From Spirogloea muscicola (Eukaryota), in contig WELB01000012.1 in assembly GCA_009602725.1 (NCBI GenBank), forward strand, positions 1 through 64,000: a stretch of DNA of 64,000 nucleotides, in the 5' to 3' direction. The translations under genes and the position numbers were made by a program. The notes under the pieces were generated by a model. The model searched no databases and was not told where the DNA came from. It saw only the letters and a program-made list of their open reading frames with translations. Positions 53,388 to 64,000 of this stretch are shown here, piece by piece; position 1 is the stretch's first letter; every line of letters starts with the position of its first letter.

Positions 53388-56300
53388 ATGGCGACCGTCC
53401 ATAGCCCCCGCGCCAACGGCATCGCCACCGGCCTCGGCCTGCCCAAGGGCCTCCCCAAGATCGTCGTCAAGCCCGACGCCGCCGTCTGCACAGACGACAC
53501 CACGCCCAACCTCCGCGTCTCCAACGTCGACGAGCTGCACTCGCTGCAGAAGAAGCGCTCGCAGCCGTCCACCCCCAAGACCAGCCTCTTCACCGACGAG
53601 GAGCGCCAGAAGCAGCAACTCGAGTCCATCAGGTCTGCCGGGCCGGCGCGCCAACCGTGCAGGCCATCCTCATTGCTGTTGCTCCCTGCTCTTTACTTGG
53701 CGAGGCTCGGCTCGGCTTGCCCAGCGCCGGGGCTGTCCACGCTCTCAGCCTGAGATCCGGCCCCTGTCGCCGCCCCTGCAGCGACTCGCTCGCCTCGTTG
53801 ACGAGGGAACGAGGTCCCCAAGTGGCCAGGGGAGACCCGGCCAAAACGGTGAAGCAAGTGTCTGCGGTGCCCGCGAGGCCCACCGTCAGCGACAGTGCGC
53901 TGAAGCTCACGCACGTCCTCTACAACCTGTCACCAGCAGGTGAAGTCATTTTGTGTCCTGGTACAGGCCTGGCTCAGCCCTGAGATCTGCCTTTGCACCA
54001 CGATGGTGGATGACTGGCCTGACCCTGAGCGCTTGCTGAGGCCATTGCAGGTGTGCTTTCTGCCAGGAGGCAACCGTGTCGGCTTGATGCGGGTGGCAGC
54101 CTGCGATTTGGACATCCTCCTGCATAACGGACGATATGCCTTTTCTCTTGCAGAGCTTTATGAGTTTGCGCTTAAGAACGAGAGAGGCTCCTATTTCACC
54201 TCCACCGGGGCTCTTGCCACGCTGTCCGGAGCCAAGACTGGGCGGTCGCCCAAGGACAAGCGGGTCGTGCGCGAGGAGATCACTGAGGATGATCTGTGGT
54301 GGGGCAAGTGAGTAAAGGCTAGCATGCTCCTCTCACCCTTTGTCACATGTGCATTGTGTAAGGGTGGGCACTGATTTGCAGACAATGTCTCTGTTGACAA
54401 TCAGGGGATCTCCGAATATTGAGATGGATGAGGAGACGTTCCTTATCAACAGGGAGAGGGCTGTGGACTATCTGAATTCACTGGAGAAGGTGCCCTTGCT
54501 TTACTGCATTAGCTATGCCACTGTGTATGGAGAGCGATAGCAGTGCGGCCAGCTTGACTCTGGCTCTAATCACTGAATCTCCTATCTGTCTTTTGCCGTG
54601 TTGTCAGGTCTTTGTGAATGATCAGTTCCTCAATTGGGACCCAGAGCACAGAATCAAAGTGCGCATCATATCTGCAAGGGCGTACCACTCACTCTTTATG
54701 CACAACATGTAGGTCATTCCTGCAGCACGCCACTTGGTTGTTGCCTCTGTGGCAGTGGGCATGGCAGCTATCAGAAGCCAGCTGCAGTTCTCGTGGCGTT
54801 TGGTGCAGCTGGTCTTGTCAATTTCAGGTGGGGTGTTGGTCTGCTGACATTGTGAAATGTTGAGTGTTGCTCAGGTGCATTCGGCCCACTGCTGAGGAGC
54901 TTGAGAACTTTGGAAAGCCAGACTTCACAATCTACAATGCCGGCCAGTTTCCCTGCAACCGCTTTACCCATTACATGACATCGTCCACCAGTATTGACCT
55001 CAACCTGAAGCGGCGAGAGATGGTGATTCTCGGCACACAGTATGCAGGAGAGATGAAGAAGGGACTGTTTAGTGTGATGCACTACCTTATGCCCAAGAAA
55101 GGAGTCCTGTCGCTGCATTCTGGATGCAACATGGGCAAGGATGGCGATGTAGCGCTTTTCTTTGGACTCTCAGGTATAGTAGATTGAAATTCAAGTTTCT
55201 TGGCCGTCACAGCTTGGGGTGACGCTCTTAGATGAAGAAACAGCAGGCGTCAAGCAGCTGACGTGGAATGTTGCCAAGCGGGTGCAGGCACAGGTAAAAC
55301 AACCTTATCCACGGATCACAATAGGTTCTTGATTGGCGATGACGAGCACTGCTGGACTGACAATGGCGTCTCTAATATTGAGGGCGGGTGCTATGCAAAG
55401 ACAATTGATCTCTGTCCTGAGAAGGAGCCAGATATTTTCCAAGCCATCAAGTTTGGAACAGGTCTCAACAGAACCCAGCCCCCGCGGCTCTCTCCCTTGC
55501 CTAATCAGTTCCATAAGCCGCTGCTGCCACCTGCCGCGAATATGACGTAGCTTGTGGGCTTTGCGTGCAGTGCTTGAGAATGTTGTGTTCGACGAGCATA
55601 CCCGGGAGGTTGACTACTACGATAAGTCTGTAACAGGTGCAGCCTCTACTTATTTCCTAGGTTGCATCCTCTGCTCTGCTTGGTTGCAGCTTTGAACATA
55701 GTCTGATGCCAAGCTTTGGCATATGCATGTCTCCTCGTGCAGGAGAGTCTTCAGTATTCGGCAAGCTGAACAGTGTCACACATATCTGCAGCTAGCACTA
55801 ACGGCCAGGGAGTGTTAGTTGGGCAATTGTAGCTCAGCATAGTGGCTGAAGCTTATCTTATCTAGCGTCAAGTCTTAGGGAAGAGACTTCTTAGTCTCGG
55901 CAAGTCACTGCAACACAAATGGCCGCCGCGAGCACTCAATAGCAAGAGCGTCAGATTGGGCCATCGTCATTGAGCATAGTGACTAAAGCCTGACGTCTTC
56001 ATGGCATCATTCCACAGAGAATACCCGAGCAGCCTATCCTATTGAGTTCATCAAGAATGCCTTGCTACCTTGTGTCGGACCCCATCCCAAGAACGTCATA
56101 CTCTTGGCTTGCGATGCATTTGGGGTCTTGCCACCTGTTAGCAAGCTGACCCTCGCCCAGACCATGTACCACTTCATCAGCGGTTACACTGCTTTGGTGT
56201 GTTAATCCACACTACCCCGGGAGATCGTGCCATCTGTGTTTGCCTTGCAATTGCTGTGCTTGTATTAGCAGGACTGGCTTGCATTGTCCACATCAAGTGC

Positions 56301-57179
56301 CTGACATCATTTGGGCTTGAGCCAGGTGGCGGGTACTGAAGATGGTATCAAGGAACCACAGGCTACATTCTCAGCTTGTTTCGGAGCTGCCTTCATTATG
56401 TGGCATCCTACAAAGTATGCCTCCATGCTGGCAGAGAAGATGCAGAGGCATGGAGCCACAGCGTGGTTGGTTAACACTGGGTGGTACGGAGGAAGGTGCA
56501 CCTCGTTTTGCCAACTTCGGCCCCCTGACCAATGTGTCACCGTGACTTCAGTTTAAACCTTGCTAACTCAAGGCAGCAACCCTTTAGGTCTCACAGCTGG
56601 AGCATGCAAGCATCTCAGGCGATTCTGCATGTGCAGTTACGGCGTTGGTTCGAGAATGAAGCTTCCACATACCCGGAAAATTATTGACGCAATTCACAAT
56701 GGCTCGCTTCTGAAAGCCAAGTACACGACAACTCCTATCTTCAACTTGAACGTTCCAAGTGAAGTCGATGGTGTGCCAAGCGAGGTTCTTCGTCCAGAGA
56801 ACATGGTATGCTACCAGATTGTTGTGGAACCTGTTGCTACATGTAATGATTGCTTAGCTTGACAAAAGGCATGGGTGAGAAGGACTATCAACAAATGATT
56901 CACTGGTAGATTGGCGAGGGTATGCAAGGATGTTCAAGCTGTTTGCGCTTGCTTGCATCTTGATTGTTGAGTGCTTATGTGTGAGGAGTTTGCTATACTT
57001 GTCAGCATCCTGCAAACTCATTGGAGCACTTGTTCTGTTGGCAGTGGACTGACAAGTCAAGATACAACGCAACCCTTAAGAAGTTAGCTGGGCTGTTTGT
57101 GAACAACTTCGAAAAGTTTGCTGATCACAAGGTTGGCAAGTTGACGGAGGAAATATTGGCTGCTGGCCCAAACATCTAG
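53388..57179 (+). CDS. PCK1: Phosphoenolpyruvate carboxykinase (ATP-dependent), plant type
   Basis: [100 protein letters not shown], and C-terminal ILAAGPNI*. Confidence 0.97.
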
Positions 57180-58617
57180 ACTATGAAACCATACCTGTAG
57201 TGTCAATCGTGTCAAGGTTGGCCACAATCTGGCATTTAGTTATCTGTTACACCGCTCGTCCCCTCATGAGTTCCATTCTTCCCTAGTATTTTTGAGAGGC
57301 CCCTAGAAGAGGCCAAGAGCAGGTCAGCAGGACCTTGTACAGAATGCACAGCACCAATCTTTCATTCTTGAGCAGGCTTGTGCCCTGTCATTAGCACGTG
57401 CCATTAGTCCTCTTTAATTGTAGGCTCGCTTCAGACTGGAGTGCCACTACATTGTGAACAATGTCCAACACTCATAAAGTCCTTTCCATTTCTGTTTTGC
57501 ATAGACCTCCTTTGCTCTGCCTTGTACTTAACAGTGCACACCAGGCAAGGGTGGTCAACTCCATCATTCTACTAATGATATTTTGACATACTGACTTGAA
57601 GGGTAAAGGCTGAGGGGTGTTAAGTGGTTCACTGTCCATCCGATGCCCTAAATCAATAAGGTTGGGCAGTCGCTTGTGAACGACCTTTGTGCTGGTTACA
57701 CTGGACGGTAGCTGGGCGCACAGTGGCAGGCGTCATAGAAGTCGCACTGGCCTGCTGGTCTACAATAATAGGACTTCTGGAATTTGTAATGCGACTTCTG
57801 GGAATTGGAGTGCGAGGCTACATCGGAAGCGCGAGGACTCCTCAACAGTGGTCACCTGTACATGTTGCTCCACACGCTATCATCAGGGTGGCCCTCTTCC
57901 TGGTGGAGTGACCTGGTTGCTCAGCTTTGCTGTAATCATCCTGATCCTCGCTCTCGAGAACCTCCCTCAACAACCTCCAGATTCACAAGCTGGTCAAGTA
58001 CTGCCTGCCGTGGTTTTCAAGTGGAGGCCACAACACTTTTGTTAAAGGACAGAGCACTCATCAGTGATCCCATTTAGGTTCCTGTTGTGGCTATTCGGCC
58101 TAGTCTGTCCAGGGCCCTCCACCAACTACACTAGCTCGGATGCTGCAGTTTGTCAGCATGTCAGCGCTATTCTCCATGTTATTTTGCACATTACTGCTAG
58201 GTCTAAATGCATCTTGTCATTCAGGGCGTGCTGTGCATGCGTGTAAATGTAATGGAAGCATGCACTAAACAGGACTGAAGTAGTTTCTCTCTCCTAAGCA
58301 ATACATAATCACGAAGAGAGCACGAATGACAAAGTACGTTCTTCTCCCTAAGTAACAGCTTTTGACATTGTAAAATGTCCTGATGTCAGCAATAAATTAT
58401 GATAGCTAACTAGACTGCCGCTAAGTGATCTGCTCATCACATGTAGTCCTGCATAAGTAGGTTGAACGCCACAGCTATGCTAGTGAACACGTATTCTGGC
58501 TAGCTGAGGTGACAGCTGGAGATGTCATTCTATTCAACTTCCGAGACAAGTCAATTGACTGATGATTGTACCTGGAGCTCCTCCACAGACTTCAGCAGGG
58601 TCCAACTATGCTTGACG

Positions 58618-61600
58618 TCAGGCGTAAGTTACAGCCATATGCACTGATGCGATAATCAGAGCAGTAGTGGCAAGCATGCCCCAGACCTGGCCATCTGCTG
58701 CTCCGGTAGCTGGAGCTGGAGGACTTTTGCCTGGCGTTGAAGGGACAGGTGCCTGAGGTACTGGGACTTGCGAGTGGTTACCTGCTATGACGAGAGGGGC
58801 ACTGAAGGACATCAATAGCTGTAGGGGGTAAGCGAGAACATACAAGGCATCACTGAGCAATGCCAATGCAATGTCAACATTACTCATGCTTCTCATTCAT
58901 TATCCCGTTCAAATGCACACCCCCTGTCTCACATTTTTACCTGTAGGCTAAATATATTCAAGAGCTCACAATCAAAGTCACTTGCGCAAGTAGTGTGGGC
59001 TCTTTGCAGTCTACGGAGGGGTCTTTCTTGACCTGACTCAGGAGGAGGCGCAGCTGATGGTGCTGTTGGTGATGGTGCAGGCTGTGGGCTCATAGCTCCA
59101 GCAGGAAGCGAAGGTGCTGGTGCAGGTACTTGGCTTTGTGGACCCGAAGCTGCAGGTGAAGCCTCAGGAGGGCTGCTGGAAGGCGTTGGTATCGGGGCTC
59201 CGGGGCTTTGAGGAGGAGGGGAGAGAAGTCCAGGAGGAATAGGTGAAACTTTTGGGGGTGGCAAAGGTGCTGGCTTGGTTGTAGGTCGAGGATTAGGAGG
59301 GACGGCGCTTCCAGGTGGGACCGATGAACGAGGAGCGTCTGGGGGTGGATAGGTTGCTGGCGCCTGTGGCGTTGGTGGGGCAGAGACGTTCTGACCTGTG
59401 AACAAGAGAACCTCCTATCAGACCCAATATGAGAATCAGAGCCACGACACCACCATGTAAGCTCCAGTGTTCAACAATGTGGCTAGGAGAAAGGGCCATC
59501 CCAAACGTAAGCGTTGCACAGAAACGTGAGCAGCATCAACCTGTTGGTGGAGGACCAGCAGCTGGTGGTGGAGGCGATGGAGGTGGGGATGACACTGCAC
59601 ACTGCACAGCTGGATAAAGGGCCCGTGTGCCTTGTGTGCTGTTTCCTCTTTGTGCAGAACCATCACAAAGAAGGGAGGTTGGTGGGGCCTTTGTTGTCTT
59701 TGCTGAGACTTGGCAGCTGCAAACTTCCTGAGATGTCAGGCACAGCTCGTTTCCGGTCGAGCAAGCGCTTGTGGTGATGGCAGCGACGTTGACTCCTTGT
59801 CCATCACTTGCATCAGCTGCACATGTATACCAAAGTTCAGCTTTTGGCAAGCAAAGATTAAGCTCATCTTGCTCCAGTTTGCATCTGGACACAGGATCAA
59901 TATTCTAGTATCATGGATGATCCAAGTGTGGTTGAGGATGCATGAATCTGTCCTAGAAAGCGGCACGCCTGGATTCGATGTGTATTGCCATGCATGCAGA
60001 AGTTACTGCATTGTGCCGAAAGTGGTAAGAGCGTGCCTGCAATAAATGCAAGATCAGTAGATTCAGCAAAAACTCCAGAGTAAACAGTGAGATTTTGCCC
60101 GGACGTAAAGCTAACACCCGTTGTCAACGTCTGCAGAGTGATGTTGAAGTCCTGACTTCCCCAAGGGGACCGAAGCAATGGTAAAGAGGCACTTGCAGTT
60201 GCCCAGTATATGAACCTGGATAAGTGATCAGAATATCAGTGATGACTCCACAGGAGTGAGCGATCAGCCTAAGCTTGGCAAACCATTGCGTCCATACCAC
60301 ATGGTGCGTCCATACCAGGTTACTCCATGCACTTGCACAAGAGATGCACACAAAGAGGGTTACCCCACCTTTTGTAGTTGTCAAAGAGTACAGCTTGGAA
60401 CGACCCGGCAGCTGGTAGAAGATAGGCCTCTTGCTGCCTTGTGCTCAATGGGCTTGTGACATTTATCTTTCCATAACTTGGGGGGTTGTCTGCACCAAAG
60501 TATGCCATGCCCTCGCTTGGATCCACAACCACATTCATAGCACCATCGCTTGTGACGTTGAATGTGCTGCTTGATGACAACGTTGAGTTTGTTGCATCGA
60601 GATCAACAAATACAACTGTCAGAATGCTATCCTTCTTCGCAAAAAACAATCCCTGACGATGAAGTTGTTGGCATGCGAAGATTCCCTCCACAGCTGGATA
60701 CCAATGGATCAGGAAAGGATGATATGGGTCTGAGGCGTCAACTGCAGCAATACCAACAGTCTCGAAGCTGTCCAGATTTGCACAGCCAGTCAGTGTTAGA
60801 GGTTCTCACAGACACGTCGTAAGAAATTTGTGGAGCTATCGGATCGAGCGAGACTCATAGCAGCAGAACTATCAGTCCCTTAATTGCAAGTATGTCGTAT
60901 TGCTGCAAAGTATGTGACATCCATATTGTTGGGGGTTGCACAAGTGAATTACATGTTGGCACAATACCTGCTCAGCCTTATCTGCAGCCAAGCTCACACT
61001 GACAAGATGACTTTCAGTAGTGTCGGGTTGCATAGCCGAATGTACTCACCCCAGCAAAGACCGACCAGTCGATGAATCAAAAAGTATGCACTTAGGACTC
61101 CCTGGATCCAAATTCAAACTGCTGATGTTGAAGAGTACTTCAGACATCTCGTTCAAAGACCCTGACAAAGTAAAGCAGATCACTTGGTGGAAGGCAATCG
61201 AAGCGAACATATGGTGCACCCCCCAGATTTGCTGTCATGCCTGGCAATTCAACGGTCATTGCCATGCACATGCTCCTACTCTTCATGACCATGATGCCAG
61301 CCTGCATGGTGTTCAGGAGCATGATTGGCACAAATGCAAGACATCATACCTGAGTAATCGATGATAGCAAGGCCTGGGTTGCCACTTCTGCTGAAGGCTA
61401 CGTATGCAAGTCCAAGAGCTTTGTTAAGGACGAAGGGTGTCTTATCGTCATCAGATGCATAACTCCTACGTCAAGGATGTGGTGGTGTCAATCAGCTATT
61501 GGCTTCTATGTTGCACTTACACTCCTCTACACAATAACACCTGTCAATGCTCAGTAAAAAAATGTTTACAATTGTCAGGCTGGCCGGGATGTGGGATCAT

Positions 61601-62148
61601 GCAGCAAAGGCAAGCAATGCTGAATGCACCTGCTTGAAAAGTTGCACGAGTCAAAGACCTGCGAAGACTGAAGGTTGACAGGTAAGCGCCACAACTCATT
61701 CTCCACGGAAAAGAGAAGGATGCCGCGGTTCTCATCAAGAAACATAGGCCCATACTCTTTGCTCCGATGGAGGGGGAGCTGTGTCATAACAGGGAGAATT
61801 ATAACACCAAGCTCTACAGCAGCTGCAACTCAATTAAGTGCTGTAGCCCGCAATTGTGTCAATCTTATTTGTACCCATTGAATCCAATTACGGGGGGGCC
61901 GATAACAAGCTCAGTGTCCTGTCTTTCTGTTTCAACCATGATTTAAGTGGTGCACGATGGTCAGAGTGAAGGTCAAAGCAGTACTCTTTGTCTGATACAA
62001 GTGCTGATGCTGCTCTCACCTCACTGAGCTCGTGAAGGCCGGTCGCCCCAACTCCCCCCGCTGCAGGACAGCCTGCACCGCTGGCGACCTGAAGAGATTC
62101 GACGAGTAGGAGCAGAATTGGAACAGCTGTGGCCAAGGCGGCTGCCAT
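58618..62148 (-). CDS. Secreted cell-surface protein: signal peptide, beta-propeller-like domain, Pro/Ser/Ala-rich stalk, hydrophobic C-tail (putative GPI signal)
   Basis: N-terminus MAAALATAVPILLLLVESLQVASG. Exons encode GLAYVAFSRSGNPGLAIIDYS, GIAAVDASDPYHPFLIHWY and VVVDPSEGMAYFG. A Pro-rich exon lies at ~59035-59395, and the protein ends WGMLATTALIIASVHMAVTYA*. An alternative in-frame ATG is at 62181. Confidence 0.72.
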
Positions 62149-62244
62149 TGTCAGGCCGCGATGGGAAACACAGAGTGCCATCAGCTAGCTCTGGAAGCGA
62201 GGGTGCGACCCGCCCGTCCAGTGCACTGGCTGGCTCAAGTGACA

Positions 62245-62302
62245 CGGCGGCAGCGGCGGCGGCGACGGCGGCGGCGGCGGCGGCGGCGTTGGCCGCGGCG
62301 GC
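62245..62302 (-). repeat. Imperfect (GCC)n in the 5' region of the secreted-protein gene
   Basis: (GGC)n run on +, seen directly. Confidence 0.9.
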
Positions 62303-62679
62303 GAGAGGTAGTACAGCTGTCGGGGCGGGCGGCAAGGAGCAACGGCCGCACGGAAACTGCTGCGGGCAGAGGGGCGGTATGAGAGCTCGAGCCGATCAGG
62401 CAGGCCTGCAGGGCTCCGCTGCAGGCCCTGCGGAGTGTCCTCTAGCAGCCTCTGTCAGGAAAGTGGCTCGTCCAAGGCGGCTGTAAATTGGGCAGACCAT
62501 GAGAATGGGGTTGCAGTCCGCTCTCGATGTTTGTAGCCCCGTCCTTTGCTGTTCCTTGCTGCGGAGCCGATTCCCGCAGAGGACTTGTCTCCTCATCGGG
62601 CCTTGCTATTGCAGCATTCATTGCCGTACACCTGGCATCCTGTTTTCTTTTCTGTTTCGGCTCGCGACAACCCACGCGA

Positions 62680-62740
62680 AAGCTGACCTTGTCAATAATA
62701 TTTGCGGGCTGGCTTTCACAGCCCTTGCCCCCGTTTGAGC
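62680..62740 (+). mobile_element. Short CRE-like family B 3' end remnant
   Basis: ccttgtcaat...gggctggctttcacagcccttgcccc hairpin motif. Confidence 0.65.
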
Positions 62741-63377
62741 CACTTTCTGGGCGATAACCACTCCGCGCTGGAACCGTTTCGTTTGATCATTGAGCCGGCT
62801 GAAATACGTCAAAGTAGAACTGCCCAACACATCGCACCACCTCCCTGCAGCCATTGCCCTCTGCAAATCCGTCTACCCCGTCCGACATTGCCAGTGATGT
62901 TGATATGTGGCCGTGCATGCACATACCACATTGATCAGGCAATCCATAAAACCAAATAGAAGCATATGGCACATACACTCGTACCTGATTGCTTGATAGC
63001 AAGAATGACACTTCTGTGCTGGAAAGTGTATGATCTACTGATTGAAGCGTCGTCCAGCTAGGGCAACAGTGACGTCCACTAGATGATGGTACATGGCAGG
63101 GGCACTCACGTGAATATCGCAACATCCATGTCTGTTGTGAGCCAGGACAAAAAGCTAAACACCTAGACCCCAATCCCAGCTATGCTCACAAGATACCTAC
63201 TTGTCTGAGCTGCTTCTCTAGAGAGGGCTTGACTGCTTCAGCTGACGCCAAGGACGAACGCTGCAAAATAGGAGGGGGAGGCGCGCGGCCTGCATGATAT
63301 AAGAGGATGCCACAAGCAAGCCACTATTTCGTAAAGAAAAATCTAAGAGGGGCTAAGCTACCATAGTGGACACACCT

Positions 63378-63404
63378 CTACACACACACACACAGACACA
63401 CACA

Positions 63405-63444
<40 letters not shown>

Positions 63445-63460
63445 CACACACACGAGCACA
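63378..63460 (+). repeat. (CA)n microsatellite with interruptions
   Basis: Seen directly. Confidence 0.97.
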
Positions 63461-63771
63461 TACTTATCTGGCAGACAAATCTGGGGCGCTGGAGCACCAT
63501 TCCGCAAACCAGTGGCCTGGCTTAGTGCTCGCCCCACGCTGATGTATTGATAGAGCCTGGGAACGCTGCAAAGTCAGTAAGAGCCGCATTCTGTGTCAAG
63601 CGCCGGTTGCGGGTCGCAAGTATGCCCTAAGCTACCGGCCCGACTTCGACGGCGCGACGGCGCGCTTCGACCACATGGGCCAGGCGATAAAGGGAGGACC
63701 ACTTGGTACCGTGGCCGCCATCAATGTCCATAGCGCACCGATGAAAGTGGTCTCCCTGGGGTGGTCCTTGT

Positions 63772-63895
63772 AGAAGAAGTGGCTCTCCCAATGGGGGCAA
63801 GGGCTGTGAGAAGCCAGCCCGAAAAGAATTGACAAGGTTCGAAGGGGCCAAACTACGAGCTAAGCAGCTACTGCGGGGCCTGAAGAAGTGCCGCT
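63772..63895 (-). mobile_element. CRE-like family B 3' end
   Basis: About 90 bp essentially identical to ~17781-17869. Confidence 0.8.
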
Positions 63896-64000
63896 CCTTC
63901 CTTCTTCCAACATGGTTTGTCACTCAGCCAGGCACAGTCAACGTTGGTAAAAATGCGTCAGCAATCAGACGTCGAGGAGGAGGAGAAGCCCGCCGCTCCA

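Noticed and set aside
57687..58077. Short ORFs between PEPCK and the secreted-protein gene
   Set aside because: No recognisable motifs or exon context; probably UTR or intergenic.
63460..63600. ATACTTATCTGGCAG resembles the U1 snRNA 5' end
   Set aside because: There is a mismatch in the invariant ACTTACCTG, and no U1-70K loop, ATTGCAC loop or Sm site downstream.

Overview
Eukaryotic, intron-rich nuclear DNA. The gene set (GUN1, a land-plant-type R2R3-MYB, VPS13X-like, plant-type PEPCK) together with GC/CpG-rich 5' ends suggests a streptophyte alga, probably close to land plants (inference). Eight spliced genes could be assembled by hand: GUN1 (+), an At4g08330-like zinc-binding protein (+), a TRF4/TENT4-type nucleotidyltransferase (-), a 13-exon probable beta-barrel protein (+), an R2R3-MYB (+), VPS13 (+), PEPCK (+) and a secreted beta-propeller/Pro-rich, probably GPI-anchored protein (-). 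Most intergenic intervals carry piles of 5'-truncated CRE-like (restriction-like endonuclease) non-LTR retrotransposon ends from several families. These share a 3' hairpin and are nested into one another with target-site duplications. Most notable: (1) the 18.2-23.7 kb gene appears to be a eukaryotic descendant of cyanobacterial SomA/OprB-type outer-membrane porins; (2) a mutually nesting set of retroelement families; (3) a GUN1 with 14 uninterrupted PPR motifs; (4) a duplicated, catalytically mutated active-site exon in TRF4. All homology calls are from recalled motifs, not database searches, and coordinates are hand-derived.
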